Assembly (NCBI GenBank): GCA_030609055.1
Contig: JAUWCZ010000001.1
Span: 17,363-81,362, forward strand
DNA from: Chloroflexota bacterium
GTDB lineage: Bacteria > Chloroflexota > Anaerolineae > Anaerolineales > UBA11858
DNA length: 64,000 nucleotides
Direction: 5' to 3'
The first letter of the stretch is position 1; each line of letters starts with the position of its first letter. The notes below the pieces were generated by a model, which did not search any database, was not told the origin of the DNA, and worked only from the letters and a program-made list of their open reading frames with translations. Below are positions 9,368 through 17,658 of the stretch, one piece after another. A program made the position numbers and the translations under genes.

Positions 9368-10324
9368 TCACTCTCTAAAAGTCAATGCCCGGGCGGGATT
9401 ATTTGTAAAAATGTCCAAAATTACATCCTCTGCGAAGCCCTGATCCTGCATGCGTTTTACAAACTGGTCGGGGACATAGGCTAAACCCGGGCCTCCTCCA
9501 TAAGAGATAAAATAACTTTTCCTTGCCATATCCCCACCCCATACAACTTGCTTGCCATACCCAGCATCCACCATACCTCGTACGAGGTTGATGAAGGTGG
9601 ATTCGGGAAAATACTTGACCCTCGAAGGCGTATCGTAGAGTAGATAAGCGCCGGTTTCCGCGATTTTGATATGGGTATAGAGATCTGGGTTTCGGTCCAT
9701 GTGACCTACTGTGAAATATTGTGGTTCCACCCCAAAAGACTTAATTAACTCGACTTGTTCAACCCCCATAGTCCCCCTTTCGGTGTGGGATGAAATTGGC
9801 GCACCCGTCTCCTTATGTGCAATTGCCGCTGCTTTGAAAATTCGTTCGTCCTCCGTTGAGATATGTTGATATGGAGTGGTGACCTTGATGACCCCCGCTC
9901 TCGCCTTAACACGATCAATATTCGGACCGTTATAGCTATTTGCGTCCATCCCTTGATTGATTTCTTCAATGAAAATCTCAGCCATTTGTTCAGCTGTATA
10001 AAACGAGCGCCAATGCGAGTCAAGATAGAATTCAGATTTCTGGATACCAGTGGATGCAATAACATGTAAACCCGTTCTCTCTGCTATTTCAATCATAGCG
10101 CGTGGGTTTCTCCCGCATCCGATGGGACTCATTTCGACCATCGCCTTGCCACCAGCCTGCATAAAAAGCTCAACCTCTTGAGTAACTTTCTCGATATCAT
10201 CAATCTTGAAGTCGGGATGCTTAAGTACGATCAAGTCACGGTCCATGATCAAATGACCGTGAGCATCAGTAAATCCCAGATCTTCAGGAGAGACCGATCC
10301 TAAAATTGTCCGAATTTCAGTCAT
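9368..10324 (-). CDS. Second phosphotriesterase-family (COG1735) amidohydrolase
   Basis: GFTDAHGHLI HxH motif, 318 aa. Its start overlaps the upstream FAD gene stop by 8 nt. Confidence 0.75.
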   Translation of the reverse strand: MTEIRTILGSVSPEDLGFTDAHGHLIMDRDLIVLKHPDFKIDDIEKVTQEVELFMQAGGKAMVEMSPIGCGRNPRAMIEIAERTGLHVIASTGIQKSEFYLDSHWRSFYTAEQMAEIFIEEINQGMDANSYNGPNIDRVKARAGVIKVTTPYQHISTEDERIFKAAAIAHKETGAPISSHTERGTMGVEQVELIKSFGVEPQYFTVGHMDRNPDLYTHIKIAETGAYLLYDTPSRVKYFPESTFINLVRGMVDAGYGKQVVWGGDMARKSYFISYGGGPGLAYVPDQFVKRMQDQGFAEDVILDIFTNNPARALTFRE

Positions 10325-11645
10325 TTTTCAACTCACTTATTTCTCTGGGTATCGGCTTGAATAAAGTATCCTGATCGAGTAATGCGCTCCGTAGTTGGGA
10401 GAGCTCAATATGACGCGGTTGGACATCCTCCGAGAGTGCTATCATTGCGGCTACTCCCGCGGCTTCTCCCATGGCCATACATTGAGCCGAATTTCTGGCT
10501 GAGGCCTGAGCCTCGTGGGTGGCACTTAAGCACCTTCCGGCAACGATGAGATTATCTACTTCCGTTGGTAACAATGCTCGGTAGGGAATCTGGTAGTAGC
10601 CATCCCCTTCGACATATTTCCAGTGGACGTCTTTACCAGCGTGATGATCCTCGATCGGGGCTGCACAACAACAGATCGCATCTTCAAATTGTCGACCTGC
10701 AACCACATCTTCCTCAGTGAGGACATATTCTCCAATCAATCGACGTGTCTCTCTAACACCGATATAGCTTGCAGTCATCGCCAGGTAAGCGTCCTCAAAA
10801 CCCTGATGTTCGTTAATGAGAAATTGGGCATACTCATGGGCTTGGTGTCTACCTTCAATTTCTGCCTTCGTAAGAGCAAATGGGTCAATTGCATTAACAT
10901 TTCGAACCCGGGTTAAGTTAGCATGTACAAAACCTGGATGCGGTGTGGGATGTATGGATCCTCCAATCCGTGTAAGTTTATATTTTCCGTTTACCTCTGC
11001 GTCCACCATTAGCTTGGTGCGCTCAGCTTGTGATAAGGAAAAAGCACGTTCATTATCCACGTTGCCCATGTAAAAAATAGTGCTGAGGGATTGAACCGGT
11101 AGCTCGTCCACCCCCGCCAATTCGAGTGAGGCACCTGCGCGCGCAGCGACGTCTGCATCGCCCGTCGCATCAATAACACAATCTGCTTTCACCTTTCTTA
11201 AACCAGCCTTATTTGAAACCAGCACGCTATCTATATTGTTTTCGTCCATTAAAACTTCGGGCACAAAGGAATGGTAAAGTAGCTCTGCTCCCGCTTCGAT
11301 AACCATCTCTTCCAGGAGTATCTTTAACATCTCAAGATCATACGTAACCCCCGTTCCTGCACCAAAGGTATTGGGTCGTAAAAATGCCGCATTCCGGTCA
11401 AATAGCCGCTCAACGATTTCATAGGCAATCCCACCTATAACGCGTGATGTTCGATTTCCTGGACTGAAGAAGCCATAAAAGGTATCCACCCCCATTACTG
11501 TACGGCTTCCACCCAGAGCGTTTTGTGATTCGATGAGCAGCACCTTGACACCCTTGCGCGCGGCAGAAATGGCTGCAAGTGTCCCTGCTGCTCCACCACC
11601 AATCACTGCGAGGTCTGTTTCAAAGAGCAGCTCGTATTTACTCAT
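10317..11645 (-). CDS. FAD-dependent oxidoreductase (FAD_oxidored/GIDA-like Rossmann N-terminus)
   Basis: DLAVIGGGAAGTLAAISAARKG dinucleotide-binding motif. Preferred start is ATG 11643-11645 (MSKYELL), which overlaps the EIIA stop by 8 nt. Confidence 0.7.
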   Translation of the reverse strand: MSKYELLFETDLAVIGGGAAGTLAAISAARKGVKVLLIESQNALGGSRTVMGVDTFYGFFSPGNRTSRVIGGIAYEIVERLFDRNAAFLRPNTFGAGTGVTYDLEMLKILLEEMVIEAGAELLYHSFVPEVLMDENNIDSVLVSNKAGLRKVKADCVIDATGDADVAARAGASLELAGVDELPVQSLSTIFYMGNVDNERAFSLSQAERTKLMVDAEVNGKYKLTRIGGSIHPTPHPGFVHANLTRVRNVNAIDPFALTKAEIEGRHQAHEYAQFLINEHQGFEDAYLAMTASYIGVRETRRLIGEYVLTEEDVVAGRQFEDAICCCAAPIEDHHAGKDVHWKYVEGDGYYQIPYRALLPTEVDNLIVAGRCLSATHEAQASARNSAQCMAMGEAAGVAAMIALSEDVQPRHIELSQLRSALLDQDTLFKPIPREISELKND

Positions 11646-12126
11646 CGTTGAGCTGCTCTGCCTTATCAAAGATTGAATAGATCTCCTCAACATTCATAGC
11701 TTTCAAGAGTTCTTCAACAAGATAATCAGTTGACAGAACCTCGGCGAGTGTTTGCAGTGCTCTAACATGGATATGTTTATTATTAGCAGCCAGACCAAAT
11801 AACAAGATAACTGGATCATAATCAGGATGTCCAAAGTCAAGTGGAGGATTCAATCTCACTAAACTTAGCCCAGTTTCCAATGCGCCATCCTCTGGTCGAG
11901 CATGCGGCAGAGCGATCTGGGGAGCGATCACAATATAAGGGCCAAGTTCCTCGGCGGTTTTTATCATCGCCTCGATATAGCGAGGTTCAACAATCTGTGT
12001 ATCGACGAGAGATTTGCCAGAGATGCGGATCGCCTCTCGCCAGTCCGATGCTTCTACATCAAGAGCAATCCGCTCAGCAGGGATCAGCTCCTTTAGTGAT
12101 GGCAGTGCTTCTTCAGGCTTAGACAT
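11638..12126 (-). CDS. ulaC: PTS EIIA (EIIA-2 / UlaC type)
   Basis: IALPHARPEDG phospho-His loop, 162 aa. Confidence 0.75.
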   Translation of the reverse strand: MSKPEEALPSLKELIPAERIALDVEASDWREAIRISGKSLVDTQIVEPRYIEAMIKTAEELGPYIVIAPQIALPHARPEDGALETGLSLVRLNPPLDFGHPDYDPVILLFGLAANNKHIHVRALQTLAEVLSTDYLVEELLKAMNVEEIYSIFDKAEQLNDE

Positions 12127-12184
12127 GTGTGTATTCCATTCGTTTTATGTTTCCTTAACACTCGTAAACTAAGCCATACTCTTT

Positions 12185-12970
12185 CTAAGGGCTGTAACCC
12201 ATATTCTTCGAAATCTCCATCCCTGCTTGTTGGATCCATCCAATGAGCTTATGATCTTGATCGATCGAGTTTAGTCTTTCGGAAGGACCGCTTATGCTGA
12301 TAGCAGCCACAACACTTCCGCTAAAATCATATATCTGAACCGCCAAACATCGCACGTCATGTTCATGCTCACCATCGTCCTTTGAAAAACCTTGGGATCT
12401 GATTTGCGCAAGATGCTTCATGAGCGTTTCGACGTCAGTGATGGTTTTTCCTGTATACTCAATCATCCCATTTTCTTGATAATAAGCACGCACAATATCT
12501 TGGTCCTGATAAGCCAGCATCACTTTACCAAGTCCCGTGCAGTATGCAGGTGCACGACCACCAACATGTGAAGACATCATTCCGATTGCATGGAGAGTAT
12601 GAAACTTATCAAGATAAACAACTTCCATCTGATCCAAGATAGCTAAATGGACAGTCTCAGAGGTTAGATCACGTAGTTTCTTAAGTTCTGGTCGCGCCTG
12701 TTGACGAATATCAACGCTATCAAGGTAAGTACTTGCCAATTCAAGGCAGGCGAGTCCGAGCTTATATTCGTCAGTGTTGTCATCCTTTTGAATAAAGTTA
12801 TAGCTTGACAACGTCGCTAAGATACGGAATACCGTACTACTGCTGATGGAAATCTCCCGGCTGATGGCAGTCAATGTCCTTGGGATTCCGTCAGAAAGCA
12901 ATTTCAGCACGTTTATTGTTCGGTCGATAACTCGGATATTGTACCGGGTAATTTTGTTTTCCACGACCAA
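12185..12970 (-). CDS. IclR-family transcriptional regulator
   Basis: N-terminal wHTH (IDRTINVLKLL...ISREISISSSTVFRIL) followed by an IclR effector domain pattern. 261 aa, TTG start. Confidence 0.75.
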   Translation of the reverse strand: MVVENKITRYNIRVIDRTINVLKLLSDGIPRTLTAISREISISSSTVFRILATLSSYNFIQKDDNTDEYKLGLACLELASTYLDSVDIRQQARPELKKLRDLTSETVHLAILDQMEVVYLDKFHTLHAIGMMSSHVGGRAPAYCTGLGKVMLAYQDQDIVRAYYQENGMIEYTGKTITDVETLMKHLAQIRSQGFSKDDGEHEHDVRCLAVQIYDFSGSVVAAISISGPSERLNSIDQDHKLIGWIQQAGMEISKNMGYSP

Positions 12971-13034
12971 ACCTTAACAAACCTATTGTTTAGAACTTAT
13001 AATTTGAAATCTTAGAAATTCAGCGAAGGCGCGT

Positions 13035-13051
13035 TTTTCATAGAATGAAAA
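13035..13051. promoter_or_regulatory. Perfect 7-3-7 palindrome, candidate IclR operator
   Basis: TTTTCAT-AGA-ATGAAAA, lying between the candidate promoter and the iclR start. Confidence 0.35.
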
Positions 13052-13070
13052 GTCTTTTTAGTTACTAATA

Positions 13071-13100
13071 ACTATACAGCATATAGTCCTAATGTGTCAA
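13071..13100 (-). promoter_or_regulatory. Candidate sigma-70-type promoter of the iclR-PTS operon
   Basis: Minus-strand TTGACA-N18-TATAGT. Confidence 0.4.
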
Positions 13101-13334
13101 TGTTATATAAATCATTCTATTGAAAAAAAATCGTTTTTCTTTTGGATTCATCCCCTGGGTGTAAAAGCGAAAAACTGCGAAAGTAAGGTTTAAAAGGCAT
13201 CTTTATTCAAGATGTCATTCTGGAGATTCGAACACAGGTTCCAGAGGTTAATGGTTTTAACCCCTTAGATCATTACCCGCAGGGTCTTTAGTCCAATTCT
13301 TGGTTCACCCCTGTTGAAAAGTCGTCTTAAATGT

Positions 13335-13356
13335 AAAAAGCGCCCTCTCAGGCGCT
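13335..13356 (-). terminator. Rho-independent terminator after tRNA-fMet
   Basis: Minus-strand AGCGCC-TGAGAG-GGCGCT followed by TTTTT. Confidence 0.6.
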
Positions 13357-13367
13357 TTGATTTCTAG

Positions 13368-13439
13368 TAGCGGGGCCAGGATTCGAACCTGGGACCTCCG
13401 GGTTATGAGCCCGACGAGCTGCCACTGCTCTACCCCGCG
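13368..13439 (-). tRNA. tRNA-Met(CAT), initiator type
   Basis: CGCGGGGTAGAGCAGTGGCAGCTCGTCGGGCTCATAACCCGGAGGTCCCAGGTTCGAATCCTGGCCCCGCTA folds as a cloverleaf. It has a position 1:72 mismatch and GGG/CCC in the anticodon stem, as in bacterial initiator tRNAs. No CCA is encoded. Confidence 0.9.
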
Positions 13440-13456
13440 TTAATAGTAGGGAGGCG

Positions 13457-13485
13457 ATTATAGCATGGGGGGTAAACCAGGTCAA
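13457..13485 (-). promoter_or_regulatory. Promoter of tRNA-fMet
   Basis: Minus-strand TTGACC-N17-TATAAT ending about 17 nt upstream of the tRNA 5' end. Confidence 0.65.
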
Positions 13486-13859
13486 GGTTTGGTGTCAAAA
13501 AACAGTTCCCACCAGACCCGGAACAAGTTCTGGGGCGGGGGAATAGGTGTTGGTATCAATGTCGGGACCTGAGGTGTGCCTTCTACAGGGATCACAGCAA
13601 CCCGGTGGTCCCCCTCCCGGATCCATTTGCGGTGCGCATATGCCCATTCCTCCACCGCAAGATCTGATTCTGCCCGCACAACCTCGGTCGCCAGAGCGCG
13701 GGTAGTCGCTGTCAAGGCGGCAATAGTCAATTGGGACTGATCATATTCTGCGGAGAGCCGGTTTAAATCGGAGATTTGCCCTCCGAAGACAATCATCCAG
13801 ACAATCACCAGCAGCAGAAAACCCAGTAAAAAAATCGTTTTCCCTCTTTTCAGGTCCAT
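13482..13859 (-). CDS. Septum-formation-initiator-like protein (FtsB/DivIC family)
   Basis: One N-terminal TM helix, a coiled-coil segment, then EEWAYAHRKWIREGDHRVAVIP, which resembles the family C-terminal motif. Confidence 0.55.
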   Translation of the reverse strand: MDLKRGKTIFLLGFLLLVIVWMIVFGGQISDLNRLSAEYDQSQLTIAALTATTRALATEVVRAESDLAVEEWAYAHRKWIREGDHRVAVIPVEGTPQVPTLIPTPIPPPQNLFRVWWELFFDTKP

Positions 13860-13954
13860 ATCTTTATCTTATCTCACAACCATCCGGGACGCAATCACTT
13901 CCCCATCCACCCAGTCAGCTGCTTATTAACCATTAATCGGATCTCGTCTCCTTT

Positions 13955-13987
13955 ATAAAAAAAGTCTCTAACCCGGGGTTAGAGACT
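13955..13987 (-). terminator. Rho-independent terminator after tRNA-Leu
   Basis: Minus-strand AGTCTCTAACC...GGTTAGAGACT hairpin followed by TTTTTTTAT. Confidence 0.7.
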
Positions 13988-13994
13988 GGATCTG

Positions 13995-14079
13995 TGCCGA
14001 AGGTGGGAGTCGAACCCACATGGGCGTAAAGCCCACTACGCCCTGAACGTAGCGCGTCTGCCTGTTCCGCCACTTCGGC
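13995..14079 (-). tRNA. tRNA-Leu(CAG), class II with long variable arm
   Basis: GCCGAAGTGGCGGAACAGGCAGACGCGCTACGTTCAGGGCGTAGTGGGCTTTACGCCCATGTGGGTTCGACTCCCACCTTCGGCA. The anticodon stem is CTACG/CGTAG with loop TTCAGGG. Confidence 0.9.
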
Positions 14080-14104
14080 AAATAAAAATCTTCTTGCAGT
14101 CGGT

Positions 14105-14132
14105 ATTTTACCCTGAGATTAGGTTTTGTCAA
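14105..14132 (-). promoter_or_regulatory. Promoter of tRNA-Leu
   Basis: Minus-strand TTGACA-N16-TAAAAT. Confidence 0.6.
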
Positions 14133-14245
14133 CACTCCCCCCCGATCCCACGGCAGAAATCATTATTCTTCAGCTTTCCTGACCTTCCTGTTAGACGATT
14201 GATGATTGTTTTCCGCTTAGGGAACCCGTGCTATAATTCAGGCAG

Positions 14246-16306
14246 GTGTGTTCTATGAGCATGTTTCAAATCGGACTGAATCCAGCCAATCTACCCCTGA
14301 GATACTTGGGATATACCCTCCTGATCATCCTGATCTGTTCTGCTGCCCTGGCGAAAGTGTTCCGGAAATGGCAGCAAGGCAGATTCCCGCAGGGATTCCG
14401 CATGATCCAGGGTTTGATTGGAGTGACCTTCCTGCGATTGTTGGTTTTCCTAATCACCTACTTCGCCTGGAAAAAGGATCCGGTTCTTTCACCCTCCCTA
14501 CTGGTTCTTGAGCAAGCTTCCTTTGTGATAGGCTTGATGTTAATTCTCTGGTTGTGGTCTTTCCCGGAGCCCAGCCGGAATGCAGATACCGCAGTTTTAA
14601 CTTTGATTTCTATTATCTCTCTATTAATCATCCTGCAAACTTTGTTTCTCCCTTCCTTACTGGAGGGATTTACTGGATCCTTCCTTTTCTGGCAGGTCCT
14701 CTCCATTCTTCTGCTGGTTGTTGGGTGTGTTTTGATCTTCATCCGCAAACCAAATTTCTGGATCTACGGACTTTTTATGGGAGGATTTCTCACCCTCGGA
14801 TCCATTTTAACTCTGATGAGTTCCAGTGTGGATCCGCTCCACCTGGCACAGCTGGCTGCTTATCCCTTGCTGCTGCTATTGGGGGAGCGATTTCCCATCG
14901 GAGTTTCTCTCCTTCAGGAGGGTGCCGATGAGGAGGATGAACTCCAGCGGCGAAGTGCCAGCGTGGATTACCGGACCCTGAAGATTGTCCAAGCGCTGTT
15001 TGATGAAAAGGAACCGGGAGATATCATTTTAAAGATCGCCCAAGCTACATCATATCTGATCCTGGCCGATCTCGCTCTGGTGATTGACACACCGGATGAA
15101 CATGGAAAAATCCGCATCATCGGTGGGTATGATTTAATCCGCGAGGAATCTCTTCAGGCGCATACAATGGAGAGTAAAAGCGTACCCCTTCTTTCCGATT
15201 ACATTCAGCGGGGTAAAATGCTCCACATCCCTGCCAGCAGCACTTCTCGCGACTTATCCCATCTTTCCAAAATACTCCAGCTGACCAAACCGGGACACTT
15301 GCTGGCCTCCCCGGTTCATATTCCCGGCGCAAATAAAACCATCGGCGTGGTTCTATTTTCCCCTTTTTCCAACCGTCCCTGGACTAAAGAAGATCAGGAT
15401 TATTTAAGTTTGCTTTGTCGGTTATATGTGGCTGCCTTTAATTTCCGCCTGGCAAGCCAAAAAGAAGAACCCGATCAGGTTAAGAATACCATCCGTGATT
15501 TGTCTTCCCAATTGACTAAGCTTACCCAGGATAAACAACAACTTAAAGATGAAATAGTGCTGCTATCCAAGGAACACCAAAATCTTCTCTTGGATCAGGA
15601 TTCTCTCAGAACCAAATATAATCAGCTGATGGTAAGGGGAAACGCCCTCCATCGTCATCTCGAGATGCTGGTTGATTTGTCGAAAAAGGAATCCACGGAA
15701 GCCTTACGGAAGTATATCGCTGTGATCGAAAAAGAAGTCGAGCCCATCGGTGAACCTCTGATATCCGAAGCGGTAGTGGAAGAAAAAACCGAGGACAAGG
15801 AACCTGAGGTTCTACCGGATAAGATAGATCCAGCGAGTAAAAGAGGTGCTAAAATTGAAGAAGCGATCCAAACCTGCCTGGAGAATGCTGACACGCTGAT
15901 AAAGGAAAAGAAAATCAAAACTAAACTTGATCTACCAGATGATCCTCCCTTACTGCAAATGAATCACGCGTTATTCCAGGAAATTTTCTCCTTTTTAGTT
16001 TCCAATGCTGTAGAGGAAACCAACCCCAAAGGAGAAATCCTCATCCGAACCCAAATCTACGAGGAAGACCAGACCCAACACTTTGCACATATCAAAATCA
16101 CCGATCAGGGAGATGGATACTTCCCGGATGAAATTGCAGTGGTATTAAATGATCACCTGACTGCAGAAGAGCAGGAAAAACTGACTCAGGTGATGACTAA
16201 TCTATACGTCACAAAGAACCTGGTTGAAAATGAAGGCGGGAGAATGTGGGTTGAAAGCAAACCAGGGGAAGGGACAATCGTAAGTTTGCTGTTAGCTTTC
16301 CAATAG
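14246..16306 (+). CDS. Multi-TM sensor protein with GAF-like region, coiled coil and C-terminal HATPase_c domain (atypical histidine kinase)
   Basis: About 7 N-terminal TM segments. N-box LVSNAVEET, G1 DQGDG and a GEGT G2-like motif. No canonical HisKA H-box. The start is uncertain (GTG 14246 or ATG 14255/14261). Confidence 0.65.
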   Translation: MCSMSMFQIGLNPANLPLRYLGYTLLIILICSAALAKVFRKWQQGRFPQGFRMIQGLIGVTFLRLLVFLITYFAWKKDPVLSPSLLVLEQASFVIGLMLILWLWSFPEPSRNADTAVLTLISIISLLIILQTLFLPSLLEGFTGSFLFWQVLSILLLVVGCVLIFIRKPNFWIYGLFMGGFLTLGSILTLMSSSVDPLHLAQLAAYPLLLLLGERFPIGVSLLQEGADEEDELQRRSASVDYRTLKIVQALFDEKEPGDIILKIAQATSYLILADLALVIDTPDEHGKIRIIGGYDLIREESLQAHTMESKSVPLLSDYIQRGKMLHIPASSTSRDLSHLSKILQLTKPGHLLASPVHIPGANKTIGVVLFSPFSNRPWTKEDQDYLSLLCRLYVAAFNFRLASQKEEPDQVKNTIRDLSSQLTKLTQDKQQLKDEIVLLSKEHQNLLLDQDSLRTKYNQLMVRGNALHRHLEMLVDLSKKESTEALRKYIAVIEKEVEPIGEPLISEAVVEEKTEDKEPEVLPDKIDPASKRGAKIEEAIQTCLENADTLIKEKKIKTKLDLPDDPPLLQMNHALFQEIFSFLVSNAVEETNPKGEILIRTQIYEEDQTQHFAHIKITDQGDGYFPDEIAVVLNDHLTAEEQEKLTQVMTNLYVTKNLVENEGGRMWVESKPGEGTIVSLLLAFQ

Positions 16307-16503
16307 GAAAAATCCCTTGCTGACAAAGGTCACTCTGGTACAGTTCTTGCTACCGTACTTCACAGATCACACTGGCAGGGTAATAGCTCCACGTATACCG
16401 GACATCAGGTTGAAGGTGGACCGGATCAACGGATTTATACTCCGGGATAGTGGTAGGACACCTCCAAAAATGGGGGCTGGCTAGGAAATGGAAATTCCAA
16501 AAT

Positions 16504-17586
16504 ATGCTCAAAGATAAGCGTTTTCTAATTTTAATTATCGGTATTATAGTATTGGGATTTATTTTCCTCCTGCCATTGTTCAACGGGAGGTTAACCTATT
16601 CCGCGACACCGAAAACTAAAGTGGTCTTGCTGGATGCGCCGCCAGGATCTACTCCCACGGCAACCCCTTTTTCGCCCCTCTCATCCACTGCAACCTATTA
16701 CCCAACAGATTATCCGACGCCAACTCCTACAATTACCCCCAAACCGGAGAAGTTCAAACCGGTCAGTAATACCAGAGGGGTAGATCCCATTTCCCAACCG
16801 GTTGGACAGGTCAATATTGTTCTCCTTGGATCAGATCAGAAATTCAAAGGATCCATTGGCAGAACAGATACCATCCTCCTGGTAACGGTAAATACCAAGG
16901 ATGGCACGGTAAGCCTCACTTCAATCCCCCGGGATCTTTACATATATATTCCTAATTGGACTAATCAAAGGATCAATACAGCCTTTGCTCATGGAGGTTT
17001 TAAAAGCCTTCAAGATACCTTCCAGCATAACTTCGGCTTTAAACCGGATTACTATGTTCTGATCAACCTGTGGGCTTTTGAATACTTCATCAATGATTTG
17101 GGCGGGGTCTATGTGAATGTCCCTCGGACCATCTGTGATGATAAATGGGGCGGCGGTGCGTCTCATTGTGTGTCTGCTGGCAATCATCATTTTTATGGTA
17201 GAGAAGCCCTCTGGTACGTCAGATCAAGGATGACAACCAACGATTTTGACCGCAATGTCCGTCAGCAATTGGTGTTTAATGCTGTACTGGACCGCGTATT
17301 TTCTTTAGATACATTTACTAAGATTCCTCAATTGTATAACACCTATGTTAATAACGTGACAACAAATCTTGACCTGGCTACAGTTGTCTCCCTGGTTCCT
17401 ACGGCTACCAAGCTGTCCGACAGATCCCGCATTCACCAATACTTTATCAATCAAGATATGGTAAGTTCTTGGATGACCCCGGGAGGTGCTCATGTACTGC
17501 TTCCAAATTTCAAAGCCATCCGCAATATCCTAAAAGAAGCGTTAAACTCCCCAGAGCCAGGGTCCAATGGAATCGAGATAGGGTAA
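16504..17586 (+). CDS. LytR-CpsA-Psr (LCP) family cell-envelope glycopolymer transferase
   Basis: GSDQKFKGSIGRTDTILLVTVN...SIPRDLYIYIP...RINTAFAHGG. N-terminal TM helix and Pro/Thr linker. Preferred start is ATG 16504. Confidence 0.8.
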   Translation: MLKDKRFLILIIGIIVLGFIFLLPLFNGRLTYSATPKTKVVLLDAPPGSTPTATPFSPLSSTATYYPTDYPTPTPTITPKPEKFKPVSNTRGVDPISQPVGQVNIVLLGSDQKFKGSIGRTDTILLVTVNTKDGTVSLTSIPRDLYIYIPNWTNQRINTAFAHGGFKSLQDTFQHNFGFKPDYYVLINLWAFEYFINDLGGVYVNVPRTICDDKWGGGASHCVSAGNHHFYGREALWYVRSRMTTNDFDRNVRQQLVFNAVLDRVFSLDTFTKIPQLYNTYVNNVTTNLDLATVVSLVPTATKLSDRSRIHQYFINQDMVSSWMTPGGAHVLLPNFKAIRNILKEALNSPEPGSNGIEIG

Positions 17587-17658
17587 TGAGATAGATGGAG
17601 TGGAGAGTAAAAAGTCTGATTGTAGAGATTGGATGATGAGATTGTGTGAGGAAGAGCT

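Larger units (their letters stand above)
2909..13409 (-). mobile_element. Putative integrase-less genomic island inserted at tRNA-fMet, carrying the PTS/lactone catabolic operon
   Basis: Bounded by the direct repeat 2909-2957 / 13361-13409, which covers the tRNA 3' end up to the anticodon loop. The cargo is one co-directional operon. No integrase ORF is present. Confidence 0.5.

Noticed and set aside
13205-13290. tRNA-like stretch inside the island (GATTCGAAC T-loop-like motif, a GGTTA/TAACC stem with a 7-nt loop, a TCTGGA...TCCAGA stem).
   Set aside because: It cannot be folded into a cloverleaf. The sequences flanking TTCGAAT do not pair, there is no acceptor stem, and position 33 of the putative anticodon loop is A. 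It is at most a decayed tRNA/att remnant from an older integration, and similarity to tRNA-fMet is weak.
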